Shown: piece by piece, positions 38,893-48,911 of the stretch
Position numbering within the stretch: the stretch's first letter is position 1
Layout: every line of letters starts with the position of its first letter
DNA from: Mobula hypostoma
Taxonomy: Eukaryota
Direction: 5' to 3'
DNA length: 64,000 nt
NCBI RefSeq assembly: GCF_963921235.1
Contig: NC_086108.1
Span: 77,688,001-77,752,000, forward strand
Made by a program: the position numbers and the translations under genes
The notes under the pieces: model-generated
Seen by the model: the letters and a program-made list of their open reading frames with translations, nothing else
The model's database searches: none
What the model was told of the DNA's origin: nothing

Positions 38893-39872
38893 CAAAGTTC
38901 GAAGTAAATTTATTATCAAAGTAAATATATGTCACCATATACAATCCTGGGTTCCCTTTTCTTGTGGCCATACTTAATAAATCCATTATACAATAATAAC
39001 CATAATAGAATCAATGAAAGGGCACACCAACTTGGTGAGCAAAAAGCAACAAACTATGCAAACACAGAAAGAAAGAAATAAAAAGCAATAAATATCGAGA
39101 ATATGTGAAAAAGTATCCTTGAAAGTGAGTCCATATGTTGTTGGGACAATTGAAGTTGAGTGAAGTTATCTCTTTTGGTTCAAGAGCCTGATGGTTGAGG
39201 GGTAATAATTGTTTCTGAAGCTGGTAGTGCAAGTCCTGAGGCTCCTATATGTTCTTCCTGATGACAGCAGTAGGTAGAGAGCATGACCTGGATGGTGGGG
39301 GTCCCTGACTATGGATGCTACTTTCCTGTGACAATGTGCTCATTTAAGGGGAGGGCTTTACCTGTGATGGTTTTGGCTGTATTCACTATGTTTTATAGGA
39401 TTTTCTGTTTAAGGGCATTGGTGTTTCCGTACCAGGCTGTGATGAAGCCATCAATATACTCTCCACTACACATCTATAGAAGTTTGTCAAAGTTTGAGAT
39501 GCCATGTAGAATCATTGCGAACTCCTAAAGAAGTAGAAGTGCTGCTTTACCTTCTTCATAATTGTACTTATGTGCTGGGCCCAGGACAGGTCCTCTGAAA
39601 TAATAACATGAAGAATTTAATGATGCTAACCCTCTCTACCTCTGATCCTCTGATGAGGACAGGCTTATGGACCTCTGGTTTCCTCCTCCTGGTCAATAAT
39701 CAGCTATCAGCTCCTTGTTCTTGAGTAAGAGGTTGTTGTTAAGGCATCGCTCAGTCAAATTTTCAATTTCCCTCCTATATGCTGATTTATCTCCATCTTT
39801 GATTCAGCCAAGACAGTGGTGTCATCAGCAAACTTAAAAATGGCATTAGAGCTGTACTTAGCCTCACAATCA
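38893..39872 (-). mobile_element. Rex1/Babar 3' half with tail
   Basis: Minus strand KFADDT at ~39820-39835 and a 3' tail tttgataataaatttacttcgaactttga. Confidence 0.85.
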
Positions 39873-40454
39873 TGTTAAATTATCCCACAGCAATCCTTAG
39901 CTTGCCATATCAGAAATATTTCCTTCCTGCCCCCATCCTCCCCTTCCCCACCCCCACCCTGCCCTCCCACCAGCATCGCCACCCTTTCTGCAACTTAAAC
40001 CACTTGTTCTTCTCTTTCCCTGTTCTGACAAAATACACTTGACCTGAAATATTAACTCTGTTTCTCATTTCACAGATGCTGACAGGTCTGAGTATTCACC
40101 ATCTCATTTTGTTTTCATTTCAGATTTTCAGCATCGGCATTTTGGGATTTTGATTTGTGTCTTGTCAGAGATAGGTGTTGTATGGGACTTCTGTGACAAA
40201 AATTGGGCACTTTTTAGGCCATGCCTCAACGTTGTCTCGATCTCATTGAATGGAAGCATGGGCTGCTTCATTTGCTGAAGAATTTTGAATGGAATGGAGT
40301 TGAGCATTATGAATTAATAAACAAAAGTTCCCACTTCTAACCTTAGGATGGACGCAAGGTCATTCCTCCATGTAACTGAAAATAATTGAGCCTATGAATT
40401 TGTGGTAGAGTACTATTGTAGTGATGTTCCAGTGCTGGGATGTTTGGTCTCCAG

Positions 40455-41120
40455 CAACTATCACTGTTCCAAGAACATAGAATTTTGGTTGCATATAAAC
40501 CAACAGGAACACTGAGGAGAGGTTTCTCCAAACCTAAAGAACAAACCAAGCTTTTGGACAAGACCGATGTGGTCTACAAAATCCAATGCAGGGACTGCAG
40601 CAAATGTTATGTCAGCCAAACTGGGGGGAAACTATCCAAAAGCATCCATGAATATCAACTGGCTGTGAAGTGGTCTGGCCAGCTCTCTCCAGTCTCCACC
40701 CGTGAAGATTGCAAGTGGCACAAGTTCAGCTGGGCATCGGTGAAAGTCACGGTGCAAGCAAACGCATGGCATGTAAGAGAGATCCTAGAAGTGTGGTTTT
40801 CCACAAGCAATTATATAAACAGACATGTAGACCCCGATCCCATTTATAATCTAATGTGGGCAAAATTCCAGACACGCACAGAGTTTGCCACGCTACCAAT
40901 CAATAATGAGACACCGCTCCCCCTCCCGAAGTCACAATTGAGTTTCCGTAATGATGACCAATCAGCTGATTGATAAATATATAAAAGCCAAGCGTTTGGA
41001 GGCCACACCATAAGTGAACAGCGCACTGATGATGTCTCTTCGTATGGTGACGAAACATTTGCAAATGGATTGCCAAGATTGGAGAACAACTCAACCCAAC
41101 TATTAACCACCCAAGCTATA
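40455..41120 (+). mobile_element. Penelope-like element 3' part: GIY-YIG endonuclease remnant and hammerhead motif
   Basis: ORF 40440-40973 has VAYKPTGTLR, VVYKIQCRDCSKCYVSQTG, IHEY, REILEVWFS, INRH. Downstream CTGATGA (41026-41032), stem, GAAA (41052-41055). Confidence 0.9.
41021..41063 (+). ncRNA. Minimal type I hammerhead ribozyme motif (PLE-associated)
   Basis: gca-CTGATGA-t-gtctc-ttcgtatg-gtgac-GAAA-ca-tt-tgc: core nucleotides intact, stem II gtc/gac, short stem I gca/tgc, minimal stem III. Activity unknown. Confidence 0.6.
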
Positions 41121-42364
41121 CATTTTCCAAGTTATTTCCATAACTAACCTTCTCTAGGTAATGTATGGTTCTGATGTATGTTTTCCCTTTGATACCCATT
41201 GCCCTTAATTTACCAGGGTATGTTGATGCCACATGAATCCCAAGAGCTGTCACTCCTTGAATACAGACAATCTGAGAAAATTTCTTATGGCTAATGGTAT
41301 GCACATGGGTATTTTCGTGGTCGTTTTCTGCTGCAGCTGTCCACTTTCACTCATTATTTGGCATGGATGGCTGGAAAGGTTATCCCCTGCTTCCTTGGCT
41401 TCTGCCTCTCTACATGGTCCAATAAGGGTAGCTGCGTGCCACTGTAAGGGAAGTCACAGCACCAATATGAGCCAGTGGAGCCCTCAAGATGTGATTTTGG
41501 TACCTATGCTGCTTTGATGAGGCCCTATGTTACATTTCATTGAAAGTTGGGTAGCTCATCAGCATCTCTTCCATCCTCCTTAACTTGTCTGTAGCCCTCG
41601 ACAAAGAGAAAATGTTCCTAGGGAATGAGAATCAAGAACAGACAAAGCAGATAGCACTTGAGGTGAGTGATAGCAGCTGGCAATGAAAACAACCATGAAA
41701 ATACTCATGTGCCTTCTCTGGATATGCTATTCGAGCCAATATTGCCTGCAATGTCTCTTGAGGACCCAACTCATGGGACCTATATCCAGGCAAGGAGTCC
41801 ACAATGGGAAATGATAACTGTCTTTACTTGGTCTGAATTCATTTGCTACAAAGCCCATGTCAAGATTACTCAACATGAATAGGAACAAGGCACAAACACT
41901 GCATGACAGTATACGGTAGAATAGTGCAATACTCCTGTTAGTGGATAAATATTTAGTAGCAAAACTTTCAAAGATATTTTCCAGGTTATAAAACATTTGT
42001 AACTTACCTATAAGAGGCGATATCAGGACAACTGAACAAAGACTTCCTCAATGAATTAGATAAAAGGGGACAACTTAAAGGAAGGAATTGGTGACAAGGT
42101 CAGAGGAAGGAATTTGAGAACTCAGGGATTTGACAGCAGAAGGTTCAGCTATCAATAACAGAGATATTATAACTGGCAATACTCAGTATGTAGAACTTGG
42201 CTATCTCAAAGAATTGAAGAGAAAATCTAATGAGGAAAATGTGTAGAGATAGTTGAGAGCAAGAAAACAGTTAAAGAAAACCTCAAAGGTTTTTGACCAC
42301 AGTGACCTAAAGGCCATCAGGATAGCCTGCTGTTAAGCCTTGAAAGCCAATGGCTGAGGCCTGG

Positions 42365-42630
42365 AGAAGTGTGTGAAATTCTGGTCACCTACCTACAGGA
42401 ACGATATCAATAAGCTTGAAAGAGTGCAGAGAAAACTTACAAGTTTGTTGGTGGGACTTAACAAGTTGATTTATAGAGAAAAGTTGAAAAGGTTTGGACT
42501 TCATTCCCTGGAGTGTAGGAGAATGAAGGGAGATCTTTTGAGTTGGACAAAATGAGAGGTATAGATGGGGCAATTACTTGCAAGGTTTTCCCCTTGAGGT
42601 TGTGTGAGACTAGAACTTGAGGTTATAGGT
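42365..42630 (+). mobile_element. CR1 3' fragment
   Basis: FWSPTYRNDINKLERVQRKLT...LECRRMKGDL. Confidence 0.85.
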
Positions 42631-45040
42631 AAAATACTCCAAGTGTAGATGATTGGCGGAGGAATTAGACATGTGGCAGGTGTAAGTGAGCATATCTGAG
42701 AAAATATGTTACAAAGAAATAAGTGGGGAATAGGATTGTAAGATTTCTCTGAGTGCAACAATGAACTGTTTTTTGTCTCTGTCTTGCACTAGTGTTATGC
42801 TTATTCTGTTGCTTACTTTGCACGTGTAAGTTAAATATAATTTACATTAATTTAAATTGAAAGTAACTAATGTTTGTATCTTGTGCCATGCTGCTGTTGC
42901 AAAAAGCTGATTTTCATGTTCTGCATTTATGCCAATGACAACAATAAACTAGAACTTGAACTTGAGATGCATGGAGCTAAAGGTTGCAAGGAAATCTGAA
43001 ATAAATATGCAGGAATTTTAAACCCAGGCTGCAGGACATGTAATTTACTAACCACAGGTATAATGGAAAATCAAACTTCATACAAGTTAGGACACAAGCA
43101 GCAGGAGTTTATTTGCCCGTAAGTTTATGGCAGGTACAGTACCGAGCGTGCTTGATCTGGCTTGCTCCCTGCAATCACCCTACACAGAATTCCTGCAGCA
43201 ATATTTAATTTTGGTGTCTCAAAAAGTTCAATACCCCTTAAGGTTTTTGAAAGTCTTCAAAGTCTACAATGATCAGTAAGACAAAAGTAAATTGTCGTTA
43301 CAGATACAGTATGTATTTTCCTTTTCAATCGAGGTTAATGACGCTGTTCAAATGAATGGCATTGTGCTACCTATATTAACAATTTATGAAGCTGAAGGGG
43401 CTGGTGTAGAGCAGGCAGCCCCCTCCACAACTCCATATGATTGTGCTGCCCACTTAGAATTAGCGCTAAGTGGTGGAATAGGAGATCAAATGTACTGGTG
43501 TCTGATTTCCAGCCCATTCTTACCTACTGCCTTGTAAAGCACAGATGTGGAAATTGAGAATAAATTACTTCATGCTTTCCAATTAGCCTATCAGTTCTCC
43601 ACAGAACTACAAGATAAAATTAATCAACAAAATCCAGCCCAATGAGCCTCTGAAGAAGAAAACATTTCATCAAAACTAAGAAAGTGCATGCACCTAACGT
43701 GATAATTTACTAACTGTAGACACTTGTGCAGCAAGATGCCTTCTAATACTTTAACCTAACTGATATATCAGTCCAGACAGGAAATTGCCAAACTTTACTG
43801 CAAACACAGATATAAACCGTTAATGAATGAGAAACAACCGAGCCCCTCCTGGGCTCTGCAACGTCTGATAACATTTCCATTTATCATTAGCAATGCGATC
43901 CTATGCACAATTGGTCAGTAACAAAATCAAAAAATATTTCAGAGTAATAGTTAGGCTAGTTTTAATTGAATTCACTTAGGTTTTCCTCAGCAAAATGTTC
44001 TGAGTGGTTCTTTATTCTCTGAACTTCAGGCTTCACAATAGCAAAAAAAACTTCTCTACACTCTTCACACATACTATAATCTTTGAATTATTCAGCTGCA
44101 TTCCTCTGACAAGCAAGAGGCTTTATGACAAAATCACCTATCCTTGTCAAATTGGAATGTGCAAGAATAATAAAATAATTGACTTTTTATCTGAATAATA
44201 CTGTATTCCAAGTGATGATCTGTGTTTCACAGGTAGGCTACTTGACCTACTGATAGGCTATTGGTAGGTGATTGATACTTCTCAGTTTCCTGCATCTATT
44301 ACATAGGTGTCAGTAATTTGCATATTGTTTTACATTGTAGAGTACTGACTCCCAAGAGCATGAACAGTGATTTTCCTGGGCACACAGCAAATAAGAAATA
44401 CAATGCCAGATAATGTTCCATGTCAACATTAACTCAAAGATAATATTTCAAGTCATCATGTCATCAAAGCAAACATGAAAGGAAATATTTATAGATCGAT
44501 TACAGGAACAGTCTTCTTTTTGGATCTCATGTGTTGTGAGTTAAAGCAAACACCAAATGCCAAAATACCGGGCTAACAACATTGTCACATTGGTCCATTG
44601 CATTCAAAGAAATGAGCGGCTAATTGGCTGGACAATTGGGTGGCATATTTTTCTTCAATTTCTCTTCCCAACATCATTTTGCTTTGAGTTAACTGACAGA
44701 AGAAATTTGTAAAAAAAACACTTGATAGGTTATAGAATGACAGAGTCATACAGCACGGAAGCAGGCGCTTTGGCCCAACTGGTCTATGCCGACCAAGGTG
44801 CCCCATGCAAGCTAGTCCCACTGGCCAGTGTTTGGCCCATAAGCTTCTATATCTTTTTAAGCAGTACCGAGTTGCTGATTATTTTACACATACCATTCTG
44901 CTTTACGCCAGCCATTTTAATCGGCTTGAATGAAAAGGCAAGTGCTGGTAAATATCCTTTTTCATCTAGTAGGTCTTAACACTTCAATTAATTTCTATAA
45001 CTCAAAATAGCTTTAAGTGAATATGTTATATTCATACTCT

Positions 45041-45339
45041 TTTTTTTGGTGTGTGCCTGCATGCATGCGAGTCTGTGCGTGTGTGTCTGCTCCCATGATG
45101 ATGTCTTTTTCATGGCTTTTTACAAGGCACGGAGCGAGAGAGAGAGACTGTGATACGCCACTCCTCACACAGACATATTTGGAGTGATTTTCCCTTTATT
45201 TTACGAGGTCGAGTTGCGATCTCGACACGCAACCCGACACGGATGGAAAGCGTACTCGGGAGTGGACCCAACTGGTTTCGAACCCGGGAACCTCCGCTCC
45301 TGGGTCCGGCGCCGATGTCACTGCGCCACCATCCGGCCC
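45041..45339 (-). mobile_element. tRNA-derived SINE with poly(A) tail
   Basis: Minus strand gggccggatggTGGCGCAGTG (A box)...GGTTCGAAACC (B box), A-tail. Imperfect TSD tatattcatactct (45027-45040) / tatatcaatactct (45340-45353). Confidence 0.85.
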
Positions 45340-45589
45340 TATATCAATACTCTAAATATTTAAAAGTTTTAAGTTACTGATAGCTGTCTCTGTTTATCAA
45401 TTAGCTTTGACTACAGTGCACTGTCAAAAGGGCCATCAAGGGATACCAGGACAGGTCTCATGATCCACTTGCTGAGACCTACATACTGTTTTCTAAGTGC
45501 TCAACTCCATGTGAGCTACACCACTGAGAACTGGTGAAAACAAGCATACACCTGGTCTTGTGTAGAGCATCCATGCTCTGTTAGTAAGG

Positions 45590-45970
45590 CCACCTCGAGC
45601 TCCTGGATGCCATTTTAACTGTCCTTCCTGCTCTCAGAACAACCTGCCTGCTCTTGGACTTCTCCGTTCCTGCAGAGAAGTAAAGCACAAAACTGAAAGA
45701 ACCTATTAGGGCAGCTTACAACCCAAAGGAATGAATTCTGAATTTTCTATTTTCAAGTAACCCCACCCCTGGTGCTCTCCTCCATACATTCACCTGTTTA
45801 CCTAGTTTTCTTCTCCCTTTGTTCATCTCTCCCATTTCCCACTTCCACCTGGTTCCATCTACCTACCAACCCCTACCCATATGGTTCCACCTGTTACCTA
45901 CCACCTATCAGCCTTTTTCTCTCTTCTCTTTATACTGCTATATACTGGCAATTGTTCCTGTTCCATCTCA
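45590..45970 (+). mobile_element. Degenerate PLE C-terminus and pyrimidine-rich 3' UTR
   Basis: ggcagcttacaacccaaaggaatgaattctgaattttct = GSLQPKGMNSEFS; compare GSLQPDGMNMDLSNF at ~53680-53725. Confidence 0.65.
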
Positions 45971-46146
45971 GTCCTGTTTAGTAAGTGTGTTTAGTAAGTT
46001 TGTAAATGCCACTGAAATGGATGATAATGGACAATGAAAAAGGTTATCAAAAATTACAGGGGGAATCTTGATCAGCTGAGTTAAAGGGTCAGGAATGGTT
46101 GATGCAGATAAGTATGGGGTGTTCCATTTTGGAAACTCAAATCCAG

Positions 46147-46928
46147 AAGACCATAAGATATAGGAGCAGAATTAGGCTATTCTGCCCTCCTATTCAATTA
46201 TGATTTATTATCCCTCTCAACCCCATTCTCCTGCTTTTCCCCTTAATCTTTGACACCCTTTCTAATCAAGAACCTATCAACATCCATTTAAATATACCCA
46301 ATGGTGTGGCCTCCACAGCCATCTATGGCTGTAAATTCCACAGGTTCACCACCATTTGACTAAGAAATTTCTCCTCATCTCTGTTCTGTTCTAAAGGGAC
46401 GTCCTTCTACTCTGAGGTATACCCTCTGGTTCTAGGCTGCCCTACTGGAAGCAACATCCTCTCCATGTCCACTCTATCTAGGCTTTTCAATATTTGATCA
46501 GTTTCAATGAAATCACAACCCCCCAACCCCCCCACCAATTCTTCTAAACTCTAACGAGAGAAGCCCAGGGCCATCAAATGTCCCTCTCATTCCTGGGATC
46601 ATTCTTGTGAAACTCCTCTGGACCCTTTCCAATGCAATTACCTCCACTCTTAGATAAAGGGTACAACATTTTTCACAATACTCCAAGCAAGTCTGATCAG
46701 TGCCTTAGAGAGCCTCAGCATTACATCCTTGTTTTAATATTTCACTCCTCTCAAACTGAATGCTTACATGGTGTTTGCATTCCTTGCCACTGACTCAATC
46801 TGCAAGTTAACCTGAAAGGAAAGCAACACACATCGAAGTTGCTGGTGAACGCAGCAGGCCAGGCAGCATCTATAGGAAGAGGTACGTTCGATGTTTCAGG
46901 CCGAGAACCTTCGTGTTAACCTGAAAGG
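46147..46928 (-). mobile_element. Antisense CR1 3' fragment
   Basis: Reverse complement of a CR1 3' end (ataagatataggagcagaattagg tail). TSD aatccag at 46140-46146 and 46929-46935. Confidence 0.85.
46822..46914 (-). mobile_element. 93-bp PLE-derived mini-insertion with 16-bp TSD
   Basis: gttaacctgaaaggaa at 46806-46821 and 46915-46930. The insert is the reverse complement of the PLE terminus at ~57934-58027. Confidence 0.9.
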
Positions 46929-47859
46929 AATCCAGGTTGAACTTTCACAGTGAAAGGCAGGGCTGTGGGGGTGCTGTAGAACAGAGGGATCTCGGAGTAA
47001 ACGTACATGGTTCCCTGAAAGTGGAATTGTAGGTAAACAGGATGGTGAAGAAGGCTTTGGCATGCTGACTTTCATAAGTCAGTGCCTTGAATATAAATGT
47101 TGGAAAGTAATTGTGCAGTTATACAAGACACTGGTCAGGAATGGTTGATGCAGATAAGTATGAGGTGTTCCATTTTGGAAACTCAGATCCAGAAGACAAT
47201 AAGATATAGGAGTATTGTGTTCAGTTTTGGTCACCCTGCTACAGAAAGGATGTTATTAAACTAGAAAGAGTGCAGAAAGGATTTATAAGGATGTTGCTAG
47301 GACTTGAGCAACTGAGTTATAGGGAGTGGTTGTTCAGACCAGAACTTTATTCATTAGTGTATAGAGGACTGAAAGGTGGTTTTATAGAGGTGTATAAAAT
47401 CATGAGAGGTATAGATAGGGTGAATGGACTCAGTCCTTTTCCCAGAGATGGATAATCAAGAACTAGAAGGGGGCAGAGGTTTAAGATAAAAGGGGCAAGA
47501 TTCAATGGAAACTTGATGGAATTTCTGTGCACGAAGAGTGGTATCTCTATGGAATCAGCTACCTGGGGAAGTGACTGAGGCAGCTAGAATGACAACTTCT
47601 AAAAGACATTTGGGTAGGTATGTGGATTGGAAAGCTGTAGAAGCTCATGGACCAAATGATGGCAAACGGGAACTGCTTGGATGTGGCATCTTGATCAGCA
47701 TGGACTAGATGGGCAGAAGGGCTCGTTTCTGAACTGTATATTAGAGTCATGGAGTGATACTGATAAAATGTTTTCAGATTCTCCTTGTCCTCGTTGATAT
47801 TTCATGTACCTCTCTGTCCTCCTAATGTCTTTCTTAAGTGCCTTGGTATACCTTATGTA

Positions 47860-48910
47860 CTCTGAATCTGAATCAGGTTTAACGTCATTGGTATATATTG
47901 TGAAATTCGTTGTTTTTTGATCCTGTGCAGTTGCACCATACCAGACGGTGATGAAACCAATTGGAATACTCCCCATGGTATATCTGTAGAAAATTTGCAA
48001 GAGTCCTTAGTGAAATACCATGTCTCCTCAAACTCCTAATGAAGTATAGACACTGTCGTGTCTTCTTTGTAAGTGCATCAATATTCTGGGTCCATGAAAA
48101 TTTTTCAGTGTTTTGACACCTGGGACCTTGAAACTGCACCCCCTTTCCACTGCTGATCCGTCGATGAGAATTGCTGTGTGTTCCTTTGACCTTTCTTCCT
48201 CAAGTCTACAACCAATTCCTTGGACTCATTGACATTGAGTGCAAGGTTGATGGATCAACCAGCTGATCTATCTCAATCTTGTACGCCTCCTCGTCACCAT
48301 CTGGAAATCTGCCAACAACAGTTGCACCATCAGCAGATTTATAGCTGGCGTTCGATCTGTGCCTAGGCACACAGTCATGGGTGTAGTGAGGGTAGAGCGG
48401 TGGGCTAAACTCCCATCCTTGAAATGTGCTGCTGTTAATTGTCAGTTAGAAGGAGATGCTATTTCCAATCTGCACTGATTGTGGCCTCCTGATGAGGAAG
48501 TCAAGATATCGACAGAGGCAAATTGCAATGTGTCCAGGTCCACGCTTAGGCAGAAGTTGATTCTAGCCATGACCAATCTTTCAAAGCACTTCATCACAAT
48601 AGATGTGGGTGCAACTGGCTGATAGTTGTTGAGGCTGCTCACCCTACTCTTCTTGGGCACTGGTATGAATGCCATCATTCTGAAGTAGATGGGAACCTCT
48701 GATGGCAGCAGTAAGAGATTGAAGATGTCCTTGAATACTTCCGCCAGTTGGGTGACACAGGTTTTCAGAGCCCTCCCAGGTACACCATCAGGGCCTGCCA
48801 CCTCCAAGGGTTCACCCTCTTGAAAAATGTTCTGATGTCAGCATCCAAGACAAAGATCAGCAGCTGTTGCAAGGATTTACAAAGTTATTGTTTAATTCTC
48901 CATTTCAAAG
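47860..48910 (-). mobile_element. Rex1/Babar RT fragment with tail
   Basis: AGPDGVPGRALKTC...[34 protein letters not shown]-like RQCLYFIRSLRR; (gattca)n tail at ~47860. Confidence 0.9.
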
Positions 48911-48911
48911 C

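Larger units (their letters stand above)
45975..47745 (+). mobile_element. CR1 3' half interrupted by an antisense CR1 (46147-46928)
   Basis: SKFVNAT (FADD region), QRDLGV, QKGFIRMLLGLEQLSYRE...; CR1-type tail near 47700-47745. Confidence 0.85.

Noticed and set aside
45270..45339. tRNA gene on the minus strand
   Set aside because: A/B boxes are present but there is no full cloverleaf; it is the head of a TSD-flanked SINE.
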